Part shown: piece by piece, positions 38,677-48,587 of the stretch
How the letters are laid out: each line of letters opens with the position of its first letter
Position numbering within the stretch: the stretch's first letter is position 1
NCBI RefSeq assembly: GCF_041496605.1
Contig: NZ_JBGQEX010000003.1
DNA from: Piscinibacter sp.
GTDB taxonomy: Bacteria > Pseudomonadota > Gammaproteobacteria > Burkholderiales > Burkholderiaceae_C
DNA length: 64,000 bases
Strand: one strand, 5' to 3'
Notes under the pieces: generated by a model
Told to the model about the DNA's origin: nothing
Databases searched by the model: none
What the model saw: only the letters and a program-made list of their open reading frames with translations
Program-made: the position numbers and the translations under genes

Positions 38677-40425
38677 ATGTCCTTGTTCGATCAGTCCTCG
38701 CGCCTGCGCTGGTGGCCTTTCGCCCTGTTGCTGGCGAGCCTGCTTGGATGCACGTCGCCGCCCTTGCCGCCGGCCACGCCGGCGCCGACGCCGGCCAAGG
38801 CGGCCGCCACCGAGCAGCCGTCGGCACCGACGGCGAAGCCCGAACCGGTTCGACCCGCGGCCACGGCGATCGCGCCGTCGCTGCCCTACAGCGCCGCCGT
38901 GGCGGCGCGATTCCCCGATCCGCCGGTGAGCTACCGCACGCCGGCCTTCGAGCCCGGCCATGCCGGCTTCACCAGCAACGCCGAGTTGCATGGCGTGCTG
39001 CGCGATCTCGCGCGCTCCACGGGTGCCGCCGGCGGCAGCATCGTCAAGCTGTTGCCGCTCGGCAGCTCGCAATCCGGTGTGCCGCTCGAGGCTCTGCTGT
39101 TCACGCGCAACCCCGATGCCGAGCCCGATGCCCTGCGACGTGCCGGACGCCCGACGGTGCTGTTGGTGGGCCAGCAGCATGGCAACGAGCCGGCGGGCAG
39201 CGAGGCGCTGATCGTCATCGCGCAGGAGCTCGCGCAGGGCTCGCTGCAGGCGCTGCTGGAGCGCATCAACGTGGTGATCCTGCCACGCGCCAATCCCGAT
39301 GGCGCGCAAGCCGACCAGCGCGTCACGGCCAGCGGCATCGACGCCAATCGCGATCACCTGCTGCTGAAGACGCCCGAGGCCCAGGCGCAGGCGCAACTGG
39401 TCCGCGAGTACCGTCCGGTGGTCGTGGTCGATGCGCACGAATACACCGTGGTCGGCCCCTACCTGGAGAAGTTCGGCGCGGTGCAGCGCTTCGACGCGAT
39501 GGTGCAGTACGCGATGACCGCAAACCTTCCGGAGTTCCTCAGCAAGGCCTCGGAAGAGTGGTTTCGCCAGCCGATGCTGGCGAGCCTGAAGCGCGAAGGC
39601 CTGACCAGCGAGTGGTACTACACCACGTCGGACGACCCGACCGACAAGAAAGTCTCGATGGGCGGCACGCAACCCGACACCGCCCGCAACGTCAGCGGGC
39701 TGGCGAACGCGATCAGCTTCCTCATCGAAACACGCGGTGTCGGCATGGGCCGCACGCATCTGAAGCGTCGCGTGCACACCCATGTCACGGCGATGAGCAG
39801 CGCACTGCGGCAGGCCGCCACCCATGCCGAGGCGCTCGTCAAGCTGCGCCAGTTCGTCGACAACGACGTCAGCGCGCAAGCGTGCCAGGGCGAAGCGGTC
39901 ATCCTGGCGGAGCCGACGCCGAGCGAGTATTCGTTGTTGATGCTCGACCCCGTGACCGGCGCCGACAAGCCGCTCACCGTGGCGTGGGACTCGGCACTCG
40001 CGCTGCACACCGTGAAGGCCCGGCCGCGCCCCTGCGGCTACTGGCTCGCGGCCGATCAGACCGACGCGGTGCTGCGCCTGCGCGGCCTGGGCGTGCTGGT
40101 GCAGCAACTCGCCGAGACCGGCGTGATGCGCGGCGAGACCTATCGCGAGACGGCGCGCGAAGACGGCGTGCGCGAAGACGTGCGCGGCAGCATCGCCGAT
40201 GCGGGCGGCGTGCTGCGCCTGCAGGTGGAGACGGTGCCCGCGCTGATCGACGTGGGCGCCGGCAGCTACTTCGTGCCGCTCGACCAGCCGCTGGCCAATC
40301 TGGTGCTGGCGGCGCTCGAGCCCGACACGCAGAACAGCTACGTTGCCAACCGCATTCTCAGTGGCGTGGCGAGCGAGGCGCGCGTGATGGGCCGCCCCGA
40401 CATGAAGATGGTGCTCGTGCCTTGA
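38677..40425 (+). CDS. M14 family zinc carboxypeptidase lipoprotein
   Basis: Lipobox (LLASLLGC). Contains the HGNEPAG (HxxE zinc ligands), RANPDG and DANRDH motifs. Confidence 0.88.
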   Translation: MSLFDQSSRLRWWPFALLLASLLGCTSPPLPPATPAPTPAKAAATEQPSAPTAKPEPVRPAATAIAPSLPYSAAVAARFPDPPVSYRTPAFEPGHAGFTSNAELHGVLRDLARSTGAAGGSIVKLLPLGSSQSGVPLEALLFTRNPDAEPDALRRAGRPTVLLVGQQHGNEPAGSEALIVIAQELAQGSLQALLERINVVILPRANPDGAQADQRVTASGIDANRDHLLLKTPEAQAQAQLVREYRPVVVVDAHEYTVVGPYLEKFGAVQRFDAMVQYAMTANLPEFLSKASEEWFRQPMLASLKREGLTSEWYYTTSDDPTDKKVSMGGTQPDTARNVSGLANAISFLIETRGVGMGRTHLKRRVHTHVTAMSSALRQAATHAEALVKLRQFVDNDVSAQACQGEAVILAEPTPSEYSLLMLDPVTGADKPLTVAWDSALALHTVKARPRPCGYWLAADQTDAVLRLRGLGVLVQQLAETGVMRGETYRETAREDGVREDVRGSIADAGGVLRLQVETVPALIDVGAGSYFVPLDQPLANLVLAALEPDTQNSYVANRILSGVASEARVMGRPDMKMVLVP

Positions 40426-40486
40426 TGCATCCACCCAGCGAAGCGCGGCGTATACCTTGCATGACGCCCGCCATCGAGGAGATGAC

Positions 40487-40990
40487 ATGCCCCGCTTCGC
40501 AGAAGTGAGCCACCAGGAGTGGATCGCCGCACCGATCGACAAGGTGCGCGCCCAGTTTGCCGACCTGAACCACCATATCGCTGTCAACGTGCACCCGAAG
40601 CTGCGCTTCGAGCTGCTGTCGCAAGGCGAGCGGCACGCGTGCTTCGTTCAGGAGGTGCGCTTGCTCGGCATCAAGCAGCGCGACGTGTTCGAGCGCGAAA
40701 TCGCCCCCGATGGCCTGAGCATGGTCGACACCTCGGTCGAGGGCTTCAACAAGGGCGGTTCGCTGCGCTTTCGGTTTGCGCCCGAAGACGTCGAAGGCCG
40801 CGCCGGCACCAAGGTGGGCGTCACGATCCGCTTGCCGCTGCCGGCGCTGATGGGCTGGCTGCGCCCGCTGCTCGAAATCCAGGTCCGGCGCGAGCTGCGC
40901 GCGGCCGTGCAGGAAGACAAGCACGACCTCGAGGTGCGCGGCTATCCGGCGCCGGTGCAGCGCGAGCTGACGCACGGTCTGGTGGCGTAG
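40487..40990 (+). CDS. SRPBCC (START/polyketide cyclase-like) family protein
   Basis: ATG at 40487 preceded by GAGGAG. About 167 aa, with the pattern IAAPIDKVRAQFADLNHH... typical of the SRPBCC fold. This is a weak family call. Confidence 0.55.
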   Translation: MPRFAEVSHQEWIAAPIDKVRAQFADLNHHIAVNVHPKLRFELLSQGERHACFVQEVRLLGIKQRDVFEREIAPDGLSMVDTSVEGFNKGGSLRFRFAPEDVEGRAGTKVGVTIRLPLPALMGWLRPLLEIQVRRELRAAVQEDKHDLEVRGYPAPVQRELTHGLVA

Positions 40991-41104
40991 TTTGCCGGCG
41001 GCGCGCGCACGGTGTTTGCGCGCCGGTGTCTGTCCGCAATATCCCTCGGTTCGATCTGGCGTTCAGGCCCTACGATGGGCGCCACTCCGGAAAGGCCGCC
41101 GCCG

Positions 41105-41944
41105 ATGGACACTTCCGTGCCTGTGCCTCCCCAGCGCTTCTACCGCCACCGCCTGCCGGTGCGGCTGATGCACTGGATCAACGTGATCTGCCTGACCATT
41201 CTGTTGATGAGCGGGCTGACCATCTTCAATGCCCACCCGAACCTGTACTGGGGCAAAGACTCGAGTTTCGGCCACCCGTGGTTGGCCATCACCGCCACGT
41301 CGGTCAACAACACGGCGGTGGGCGTGACGCGCATCGCCGGCCACGAGTTCGTGACGCACGGCGTCCTCGGCGCGTCGCGCGTCGGCGATTCGAACGCCCT
41401 TGTGGTTCGCGCCTTCCCGTCGTGGGCCACCATTCCGGGCCCGCAGTGGCTGTCGATGGGGCGCCACTGGCATTTCTTCTTTGCTTGGGCCTTCATCCTC
41501 AACGGCCTGGCCTACCTGCTCTACGCGCTGTTCAGTGGCCACCTGCGGCGCGACCTGCTGCCCACGCGCACCGAGCTGCGCCGCATTGGCACCTCGATCA
41601 AGGACCACCTGCTGTTTCGCCACCCGACCGGCGAAGCTGCCAAGCGCTACAACGTGCTGCAGAACATCGCCTACCTGGTGGTGATCTTCGGCCTGTTGCC
41701 GCTGGTGGTGCTGGGCGGCATGGCGATGTCGCCGATGCTCGACGCAGCACTCAGCGGCTGGGTCGACCTTCTCGGTGGGCGCCAGTCGGCGCGCACGCTG
41801 CATTTCCTGGCGGCCGCAGGGCTGCTGCTGTTCGTGCTGATCCACGTGTTCGAGGTGCTGGTCAGCGGCGCGTGGAACCATTTGCGCTCGATGATCACCG
41901 GCTACTACACGGTGCCGGCCGACAAGACGGAGAAGTCAGCATGA
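41105..41944 (+). CDS. cytochrome b561/b-type membrane subunit (partner of the Mo-oxidoreductase)
   Basis: RLMHWINVICLTILLMSG heme-ligand His context, 4-5 TM segments and a second His cluster (LHFL...HVFEV). Start is 41105, 41075 or 41012. Confidence 0.78.
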   Translation: MDTSVPVPPQRFYRHRLPVRLMHWINVICLTILLMSGLTIFNAHPNLYWGKDSSFGHPWLAITATSVNNTAVGVTRIAGHEFVTHGVLGASRVGDSNALVVRAFPSWATIPGPQWLSMGRHWHFFFAWAFILNGLAYLLYALFSGHLRRDLLPTRTELRRIGTSIKDHLLFRHPTGEAAKRYNVLQNIAYLVVIFGLLPLVVLGGMAMSPMLDAALSGWVDLLGGRQSARTLHFLAAAGLLLFVLIHVFEVLVSGAWNHLRSMITGYYTVPADKTEKSA

Positions 41945-42723
41945 GTGAATCGCAAACCATGTCGGGCCGGCGCCGCGTCTTGCGCGGCGCCCTGGCCGCC
42001 GCAGGGACGATGTTCCTCAGTGCCTGCGACAGGCTTTCGCAAAACGAGTCGTTCGTCAATCTGCTCAAGAGCGCGCAGCACCTCAGCCGCTCGGCGCACA
42101 AGGCCGTCACCGGCCGCAAGGCGATGGCGCAGGAGTTCAGCGAGGCCGACGTGGCGCCTCGGTTCCGCAGCAACGGCACGCTGATGCCGCGTGATGCGAG
42201 CTACCGTGCGCTCGTGATGAACGGCTTCGCCGACTGGAAACTGCAGGTCGGGGGACTGGTCGAAAATCCTGCCGCGTTCTCGCTTGCCGAATTGCGCGCG
42301 ATGCCGTCGCGCACGCAGATCACCCGCCACGATTGTGTCGAAGGCTGGAGTGCGATCGGCAAGTGGAAGGGCGTGCAGCTGAGCCACCTGCTGGAGCAGG
42401 TCAAGCCCTTGCCGCAGGCCAAGTACGTGGTGTTCCGCTGCGCCGATTCGATGGACAACGGCCCCAACGACTCCACCTACTATGAGAGCGTGGACCTCGA
42501 CGACGCCTACCATGTGCAGACCGTGCTCGCCTACGAACTCAACGGGGCGCCGCTGCCGATGAGCAACGGCGCGCCGCTGCGCGCTCGCATCGAGCGCCAG
42601 CTCGGCTACAAGCACGCCAAGTACCTGATGCGCATCGAACTCGTTGATAGCTTCGAGAAGATTCGCGGCGGCAGTGGCGGCTACTGGGAAGACCAGGGCT
42701 ATGAGTGGTACGCGGGGATCTGA
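41941..42723 (+). CDS. molybdopterin-dependent oxidoreductase (sulfite-oxidase fold, YedY/MsrP-like), Tat-exported
   Basis: Twin-arginine signal (SGRRRVLRGALAAAG). HDCVEGWS, the molybdenum-ligand Cys context, and GYKHAKYLMRIE. ATGA overlap with the cytochrome gene. Confidence 0.88.
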   Translation: MSESQTMSGRRRVLRGALAAAGTMFLSACDRLSQNESFVNLLKSAQHLSRSAHKAVTGRKAMAQEFSEADVAPRFRSNGTLMPRDASYRALVMNGFADWKLQVGGLVENPAAFSLAELRAMPSRTQITRHDCVEGWSAIGKWKGVQLSHLLEQVKPLPQAKYVVFRCADSMDNGPNDSTYYESVDLDDAYHVQTVLAYELNGAPLPMSNGAPLRARIERQLGYKHAKYLMRIELVDSFEKIRGGSGGYWEDQGYEWYAGI

Positions 42724-42747
42724 CGGCCCCCCAGTCGCTTCGCTCCT

Positions 42748-42794
42748 GCCCCCGAGGGGCGCCTCCCTTGGCCCGGGGGACCGGGCTTCGGGAG
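42748..42794. terminator. two GC-rich hairpins in the convergent spacer
   Basis: GCCCC-CGA-GGGGC (42748-42760) and CTCCC..GCCCGG-GGGA-CCGGGC..GGGAG (42763-42794). Confidence 0.3.
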
Positions 42795-42844
42795 TGGCTT
42801 GAGGGGGCGGGCTGGCTGCGCCTCACCCTCGCGTGCGCAGTGGG

Positions 42845-44359
42845 TTATCGGCGACGTGACGTGCCGCCGCCGAAGATGCCGCCCAGCACGCCGCGGATGA
42901 TCTCGCGGCCGACGGTCGTGCCCATGGTGCGCACGGCCGACTTGGCCATCGCCTCGACCATGCCTTCGCGTTTGCCGCCGCGCGGGCCGGTGCTGCCGAA
43001 CAGCACGTCGCCCAGGCCTCCGAGCATGCCGCCGGCACCACTGCCGGCAGGCGGCGTGGCGGTGGCCGCCGCATCGACGCTGGCCACCGCGCGGACCTTG
43101 AGCTTCTCGTAGGCCGACTCGCGGTCGACGGTCTTCTCGTAAACGCCGGCCACCAGTGAATTCGCGATCAGTGCGCTGCGCTGGGCCGCGGCGATCGGGC
43201 CGATCTGGCTGCCGGGCGGAATGACGAACACGCGTTGCGTCACGCTCGGGCGCCCCTTCTCGTCGAGCAGGCTGACCAGCGCCTCGCCGACCGCCAACTC
43301 GGTGATGGCGGTTTCGATGTCGAGCTTGGGGTTGGCGCGCATCGTGGTCGCTGCAGCCTTCACGGCCTTCTGGTCGCGCGGCGTGAACGCGCGCAGCGCG
43401 TGCTGCACGCGGTTGCCGAGCTGGCCGAGCACGGTGTCGGGAATGTCGAGCGGGTTCTGCGTCACGAAGTAGACGCCGACGCCCTTGCTGCGCACCAGGC
43501 GCACCACCAGTTCGATGCGCTCGATCAGTGCCGCGGGGGCTTCGTTGAACAACAGGTGGGCTTCATCGAAGAAGAACACCAGCTTGGGTTGATCGAGGTC
43601 GCCCACCTCCGGCAGCTGCTCGAACAGCTCGGACAGCATCCACAGCAGGAAGGTCGCATACAGCCGAGGGCTGTTCATCAACTTGTCGGCGGCGAGGATG
43701 TTGATGACGCCTTTGCCGTCAGTGGACTGCATGAAGTCGGCGATGTTGAGCATCGGCTCGCCGAAGAACTTGTCGCCGCCTTGCGCCTCGATCTGCAGCA
43801 GCCCGCGCTGGATGGCGCCGATGCTGGCCGCGCTGACGTTGCCGTACTCGGTGGTGAACTGGCTCGCGTTGTCGCCCACGTGCTGGAGCATCGCGCGCAG
43901 GTCCCTCAGGTCGAGCAGCAGCATGCCGTTGTCGTCGGCGATCTTGAAGACGAGTTGCAGCACGCCTTGCTGGGTCTCGTTGAGCGCCAGCATGCGCGCC
44001 AGCAGCAGCGGCCCCATGTCGCTGACGGTGGCGCGCACCGGATGGCCTTGCTCGCCGAATACGTCCCAAAGTGTGGCGGGGCAAGCGGCGGGTGGCGGCG
44101 CGGTGAGGCCACGCTCCTTCAGCACCGCGGCCAGCTTGTCGCCGATCTTGCCGGGCTGCGTGATGCCGGCCAGGTCGCCTTTCACGTCGGCCATGAACAC
44201 CGGCACGCCGAGGCGGCTGAAGTTCTCGGCCAAGGTCTGCAGCGTGATGGTCTTGCCGGTCCCGGTGGCGCCGGTGATCAGTCCGTGCCGGTTTGCCAGC
44301 GCGGGCAACAGCAGGCACTCGGTGGGGCCATTCTTGGCGATCAGGATCGGGTCGGCCAT
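42845..44359 (-). CDS. HerA-like / DUF853 (YjgR-type) P-loop NTPase
   Basis: Walker A (GATGTGKT), Walker B (LVFFFDEAH) and a Gly-rich C-terminal tail. ATG at 44359 preceded by GAGGAGG. Confidence 0.88.
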   Translation of the reverse strand: MADPILIAKNGPTECLLLPALANRHGLITGATGTGKTITLQTLAENFSRLGVPVFMADVKGDLAGITQPGKIGDKLAAVLKERGLTAPPPAACPATLWDVFGEQGHPVRATVSDMGPLLLARMLALNETQQGVLQLVFKIADDNGMLLLDLRDLRAMLQHVGDNASQFTTEYGNVSAASIGAIQRGLLQIEAQGGDKFFGEPMLNIADFMQSTDGKGVINILAADKLMNSPRLYATFLLWMLSELFEQLPEVGDLDQPKLVFFFDEAHLLFNEAPAALIERIELVVRLVRSKGVGVYFVTQNPLDIPDTVLGQLGNRVQHALRAFTPRDQKAVKAAATTMRANPKLDIETAITELAVGEALVSLLDEKGRPSVTQRVFVIPPGSQIGPIAAAQRSALIANSLVAGVYEKTVDRESAYEKLKVRAVASVDAAATATPPAGSGAGGMLGGLGDVLFGSTGPRGGKREGMVEAMAKSAVRTMGTTVGREIIRGVLGGIFGGGTSRRR

Positions 44360-44786
44360 CGGCTCCTCCTCGGTGGAAATCGACACACGGGAAGCCGCAG
44401 TCTAGCCCCGAATGCACGCAGCGCTTGCCGCGGGCGAGTTCGACACCGCCGTCGTGCCGGACCCCGACACGCAGTCGAAAAGCGTGTCGCGGTACAGGAT
44501 GCGCCGCCGGTCGGTGTCGTATACCGCGACCAGCGTTCGGCAGTCCGTCGGTTGGGTCGGACAACAGTTCCGGATCGACGGCCGAAGCTGGTTGCGCGGA
44601 TGGTCGCGCGATCAGCACCCATTACGCGGCAAGCGCTGCGCACAGAAATGCGAGGGCGCGTGCACACCTGCCGCGCCCGCCAAAGGCCGCGGTCGCCATC
44701 AAGGACCTCCCTGGCTACCCTTTGACGAGCGCTGCGTTGCATGCGGCCTGCCCGCGCCGCTCAACGTGCCCGAATCGGCGCGCGGA

Positions 44787-45224
44787 TCAGCGCTGCCAGG
44801 CAGCAAGGAATGCGCCGAAACGCTCGGCGCGTGGCGCGCCAAGCGGCAATTCCTCGACACCTAGCCCTGCAACCCTCGAGGTCACGCCCAAGCCGGGGGT
44901 GATGGCAAGCAGCGGGTTGCCCGAATCGTAGCCCGGCGCGTCGCCGACCCATGCATTGACCCAATACCCGCGGTCGAGCACGTCGCGCGTGTAGATGCGA
45001 AGCGTCGCGGTAAGTATTTCGTCGGCCGACTTGGCGGCATAGCGGCCTGTGCCCGAGGACATCCAGGCGTTTTGCCATTCGTCGGCGGCGGCGACCGGCC
45101 GGTGCTGGTATTGCTCGAGCAAGGCGTTGAAGCTTTCATCGCCATCGGCGGCGCTCGCCGGGCCTGCCATCACCGCGGTGGCCAGCAGCGCCAGGCGCAT
45201 CACCTGCTTGAGTTGCGAGTTCAT
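44787..45224 (-). CDS. secreted hypothetical protein (145 aa)
   Basis: ATG at 45224 preceded by AAGGAGG, followed by a signal peptide (LALLATAVMAGPASA). No family recognised. Confidence 0.6.
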   Translation of the reverse strand: MNSQLKQVMRLALLATAVMAGPASAADGDESFNALLEQYQHRPVAAADEWQNAWMSSGTGRYAAKSADEILTATLRIYTRDVLDRGYWVNAWVGDAPGYDSGNPLLAITPGLGVTSRVAGLGVEELPLGAPRAERFGAFLAAWQR

Positions 45225-45509
45225 CGAGATCCTCCTTCGTGGACATGGTGGCCGTCGTGGTCGCGCCGTGGGCATCGCTACTACCGGATCCTGCAGGCGC
45301 GACGACGGCACGACGACCGTGTCCAAACGGTAGATGCGCCGCACGTCACGCGCCGGAAAGTGTGCCGATCGAAAGCCGAAAGTTCGCCGAAACCGCCAGA
45401 CGCAAGCGTGTCGTGCACCACGGCCGTGCCACGTCGGCCGCCCTTGCCGGGGTCTGATGCCGACGCCACAATCAACCTTGACTGGCGTGTCGCAACGGGA
45501 GGGCAGTCC

Positions 45510-47270
45510 TTGAACAGCAAGACGCTGGCGTCGCGCGTTCGCATCGGATCGAGCACTTTCGACCCGGCGCGCGCCGAACTGCTCGGCCAAGGCGGCGACC
45601 CGGTGCACCTGCGCCCGCAGGCGATGCGCGTGCTCGAGATGCTGCTTGCGCATGCCGGACGCGTTGTCACGCGCGACGATCTCATCGCTGAGGTTTGGCC
45701 AGGCGTGGTTGTGACTGACGACTCGCTCGTGCAGTGCATCGGCGACATCCGGCGGGCGCTGGGCTCCGATCACCGACTGCTGCACACCGTGCCGCGACTG
45801 GGCTACCGCCTCGATGTGGCGCCGGCGACGGATCCCGAACCTGCTGTCGATCGAGCGCCCGATCGCTGGAAGACTTTTGCCGCCTCGATCGATGCGGTCG
45901 TCGGTCGCCTGGTTGCCGCGGTCGTCGGCGACCCCGATGGGGCCAGCGAAACCCGCGCTGCGGCATGGGGGCCGCGGCATTCGCGTGCCATCGCGTGGGG
46001 GGGCGCCGCCGTCGTCCTTGCGTTACTCGGCTGGCTGATCGGCCATGACGGCGGGCCGCTGTGGGGGCGTGGCGCACTGGCCCCCGGCCTGTCACCCACG
46101 GTGGCGGTGCGGTTCCGCTACGACGCGCCGACCGCTGCGCTGAAGGAACCGGCCGCGACCTTCGCGGCCGGCGTCGCCGATCAATTTGTCGCCGATCTCG
46201 TCCGCAACACCGAGCTCAGGTCGGTGTCGGTGCCTGCCACGGCAGGCGACGCCTCGGTCGGCGAATTGTCGCGCAGGCTGGGCACGCAGCTCGTCGTCGA
46301 AGGACGAGTGCAAGTTCGGCCGACCGGTCTGCTTCTGACAGTGGAACTGGTCGACGGTTCGAACGGGAGTGTGCTGTGGGTCGACCGCAGGGAGGCCAGG
46401 CTCGAACAACTGGCGGTCGACCGGGAGGCGCTTCTGCGCCGCATCGCGCGCAGTGCGCACGCGTCGATGCGGCTGGAGGCCGACGCGGTCGTCCTGCCAA
46501 TGCCGCCGCGCTCGCTCGACGTGTACCTGCCGGTGACCCGCGCGCTGGCTCGCGTGCACCGATTCGATCGCGACGAATACCGTATCGCCCGTGAGGAGCT
46601 GGCGCAGGCACTTCAGCGCGAGCCGGAATTCGCGCTGGCGTGGGCGGTCCTGGGCTGGCTCGACGCCGTTGATGCCATCGCCCGCATCACCGGGGACTTG
46701 TCCGACGAGCGCAGCAGCGATCTCGTCGCGCAGGCCGACCGCGCCATCGCGCTGGATCCGCGCCTGACGCTGGCGCATCAGGCGCGCTCGCTGGCGCTCG
46801 TCAACGCCGGATACCGGGCCGAGGCGCTGAAAGCCGCCGAAGGGGCGCTGAGGCTGTCGCCGCTCGATCCCCAAAGCTACCTGGTGTTGGCGAACGCACT
46901 GGTGGCCAACACGCGCATGGCCGAGGCGACGCGCGCGATCGATCAGGCGCAGTCGCGGTACCCGGTCCCGCCGGTGGTGTTCGACTACGTGCGCGCCAAG
47001 GTGCTGTGGGGCAACGACCGGTTCGACGAGGCGGTGGGCGCCGCATCGCGCTGCCTGGAGAAGGTGCCGCATTTCGTCGCGTGCCGCGGGGTTCGGGCGG
47101 TGGCGAGCGATGCAATGGGCCGGCTCGAGGCGGCGCGCGAAGACCTGAAGGAGTATCGGGTGACCGTGCCTGGCGCGCCGACGCACACGCTCGGCCCGGG
47201 CTCGTACGGCGTGCCGAAGCTGAAGAACGACTGGCTCGCGGAGATTCGCAGCGAGAACGGACTGCCGTGA
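45510..47270 (+). CDS. OmpR/CadC-type winged-helix transcriptional regulator with TM segment and TPR-like C-terminal domain
   Basis: LRPQAMRVLEMLLAHAGRVVTRDDLIAEVWPGVVVTDDSLVQCIGDIRRALG...VPRLGYRL is a trans_reg_C domain. Putative TTG start at 45510 preceded by GGGAGGG; the start is uncertain. Confidence 0.75.
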   Translation: MNSKTLASRVRIGSSTFDPARAELLGQGGDPVHLRPQAMRVLEMLLAHAGRVVTRDDLIAEVWPGVVVTDDSLVQCIGDIRRALGSDHRLLHTVPRLGYRLDVAPATDPEPAVDRAPDRWKTFAASIDAVVGRLVAAVVGDPDGASETRAAAWGPRHSRAIAWGGAAVVLALLGWLIGHDGGPLWGRGALAPGLSPTVAVRFRYDAPTAALKEPAATFAAGVADQFVADLVRNTELRSVSVPATAGDASVGELSRRLGTQLVVEGRVQVRPTGLLLTVELVDGSNGSVLWVDRREARLEQLAVDREALLRRIARSAHASMRLEADAVVLPMPPRSLDVYLPVTRALARVHRFDRDEYRIAREELAQALQREPEFALAWAVLGWLDAVDAIARITGDLSDERSSDLVAQADRAIALDPRLTLAHQARSLALVNAGYRAEALKAAEGALRLSPLDPQSYLVLANALVANTRMAEATRAIDQAQSRYPVPPVVFDYVRAKVLWGNDRFDEAVGAASRCLEKVPHFVACRGVRAVASDAMGRLEAAREDLKEYRVTVPGAPTHTLGPGSYGVPKLKNDWLAEIRSENGLP

Positions 47271-47418
47271 CGGCCGCGGCCGATCTTTCCACGCGCGCGC
47301 CGACCGGCCCCGATCCAGCCCTTAAAATTCGCCCCTTCGGCTGGACATTTCGTCGCCCGACGGAAAACAGTTTGTCGCAACAGGCGGGCCTGGCGGTCCA
47401 ACGCAGGAGAAGTCATCG

Positions 47419-48141
47419 ATGGCCGGTCATTCCAAATGGGCAAACATCCAGCACCGCAAGGGGCGTCAGGACGAAAAACGCGGCAAGGTCTGGACTCGCG
47501 TGATCCGCGAAATCATGGTCGCGGCACGCCAGGGCGGCGGTGACGTCAAGGACAACCCGCGTCTGCGCCTGGCGGTGGAGAAGGCCAAGGCCGCCAACAT
47601 GCCGGCCGACACTGTCAAGAAGAATATCGACAAGGCCACCGGCAACCTCGAGGGCGTGAGCTACGAGGAGATCCGCTACGAGGGCTACGGCATCGGCGGC
47701 GCGGCGATCATCGTCGACTGCATGACCGACAACCGCGTGCGCACCGTGGCCGAGGTGCGCCACGCCTTCAGCAAGTACGGCGGCAATCTGGGCACCGAAG
47801 GCTCGGTGGCGTTCCAGTTCAAGCATGTCGGCCAGTTCGTGTTCGCGCCGGGCACCAGCGAAGACAAGGTAATGGACGTGGCGCTCGAAGCCGGCGCCGA
47901 CGACGTGATCACCGACGACGACGGCGCCGTCGAGGTGCTGTGCGCGCCGCCCGACTTCGAGGCGGTGAAGAACGCGCTCGAAGCGGCGGGCCTGAAGCCC
48001 GAGGTCGCCGAGGTGACGATGCGCGCCGAGAACACCGTCGCGCTCGCCGGCGAGGACGCGCAGCGCATGCAGAAGCTGCTCGACGTGATCGAAGACCTGG
48101 ACGACGTGCAAGACGTGTTCCACAACGCCGACATTCAGTGA
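47419..48141 (+). CDS. YebC/PmpR family DNA-binding transcriptional regulator
   Basis: [23 protein letters not shown] is the canonical N-terminus, in a 240-aa protein. Confidence 0.95.
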   Translation: MAGHSKWANIQHRKGRQDEKRGKVWTRVIREIMVAARQGGGDVKDNPRLRLAVEKAKAANMPADTVKKNIDKATGNLEGVSYEEIRYEGYGIGGAAIIVDCMTDNRVRTVAEVRHAFSKYGGNLGTEGSVAFQFKHVGQFVFAPGTSEDKVMDVALEAGADDVITDDDGAVEVLCAPPDFEAVKNALEAAGLKPEVAEVTMRAENTVALAGEDAQRMQKLLDVIEDLDDVQDVFHNADIQ

Positions 48142-48172
48142 GTCGTGATTCGTGAATCGTGAATCGTGATTC
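48138..48172. repeat. five tandem heptamers GTGAnTC (left arm of an inverted heptamer array)
   Basis: GTGAGTC GTGATTC GTGAATC GTGAATC GTGATTC. The yebC-family TGA (48139-48141) lies inside the first unit. Confidence 0.95.
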
Positions 48173-48587
48173 GAAACCCGTTCCGTCAACGCACCGCGAC
48201 CTCGACGCGTGGAAGAAGTCTGTTGGCATGGCGCGCCTGGTGTACGAGGAAACTGCGGTCTTTCCGAAGCCGGAACAGTTTGGTCTGACACATCAGATGA
48301 GGCGAGCCGCAGTTTCGGTGGCGTCGAACATTGCAGAAGGCGCCGGGCGCAGGTCGAGCCGCGAGTTCGTTCAGTTTCTCAGCATCAGTGCGGGGTCGTT
48401 GGCCGAGCTTGACACGCAGATGGAGATTGCTGCTCAACTGGGCTACCTTTCGCCGCAGAGTTCCTTGTGGTCGGCTCGGGATGATGTTGCGCGTCTGGTC
48501 ATCGCACTGCGTCAATCGATACAGCGACGCGTCGAGCAACAGCTCGGCGCCCCTCGAATCACGAATCACGAATCACGAATCACATGA
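48159..48587 (+). CDS. four-helix-bundle protein (23S rRNA intervening-sequence protein family)
   Basis: DLDAWKKSVGMARLVYEETAVFPKPEQFGLTHQMRRAAVSVASNIAEGAGRRSSREFVQFLSISAGSLAELDTQMEIA is the family hallmark as I recall it (PF05635/TIGR02436). The start is uncertain because the GTG at 48159 lies inside the repeat. The stop overlaps the purD ATG. Confidence 0.85.
   Translation: MNRDSKPVPSTHRDLDAWKKSVGMARLVYEETAVFPKPEQFGLTHQMRRAAVSVASNIAEGAGRRSSREFVQFLSISAGSLAELDTQMEIAAQLGYLSPQSSLWSARDDVARLVIALRQSIQRRVEQQLGAPRITNHESRIT
48556..48583. repeat. four tandem heptamers GAATCAC (right arm, reverse complement of GTGATTC)
   Basis: GAATCAC x4, exact. It ends one base before the purD ATG at 48584. Confidence 0.95.

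Noticed and set aside
38433-40587. 691-codon (+) and 651-codon (-) ORFs overlapping the peptidase gene
   Set aside because: The 38677-40425 frame carries the M14 zinc-carboxypeptidase motifs and a lipobox. The two alternatives are compositionally biased with no motifs.
42845-44359. HerA-like NTPase as a defence-system component
   Set aside because: No partner nuclease, Sir2, DUF4297 or similar gene is adjacent, and the sequence matches the widespread stand-alone DUF853/YjgR type. The neighbours are a Mo-oxidoreductase and a small secreted protein.
44622-44699. 25-codon minus-strand ORF (MATAAFGGRGRCARALAFLCAALAA) with a well-spaced GGGAGG Shine-Dalgarno, in the 427-bp spacer upstream of the DUF853 gene
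   Set aside because: It is too short and compositionally unremarkable to support from sequence alone. It could be a leader peptide or a signal-peptide remnant, but I have no independent evidence.
48138-48583. Possible CRISPR array or DGR (the Avd-family protein)
   Set aside because: The repeats are 7-bp tandem units with no spacers, so this is not CRISPR architecture. No reverse transcriptase or template/variable repeat pair is present within the window, so there is no support for a diversity-generating retroelement.
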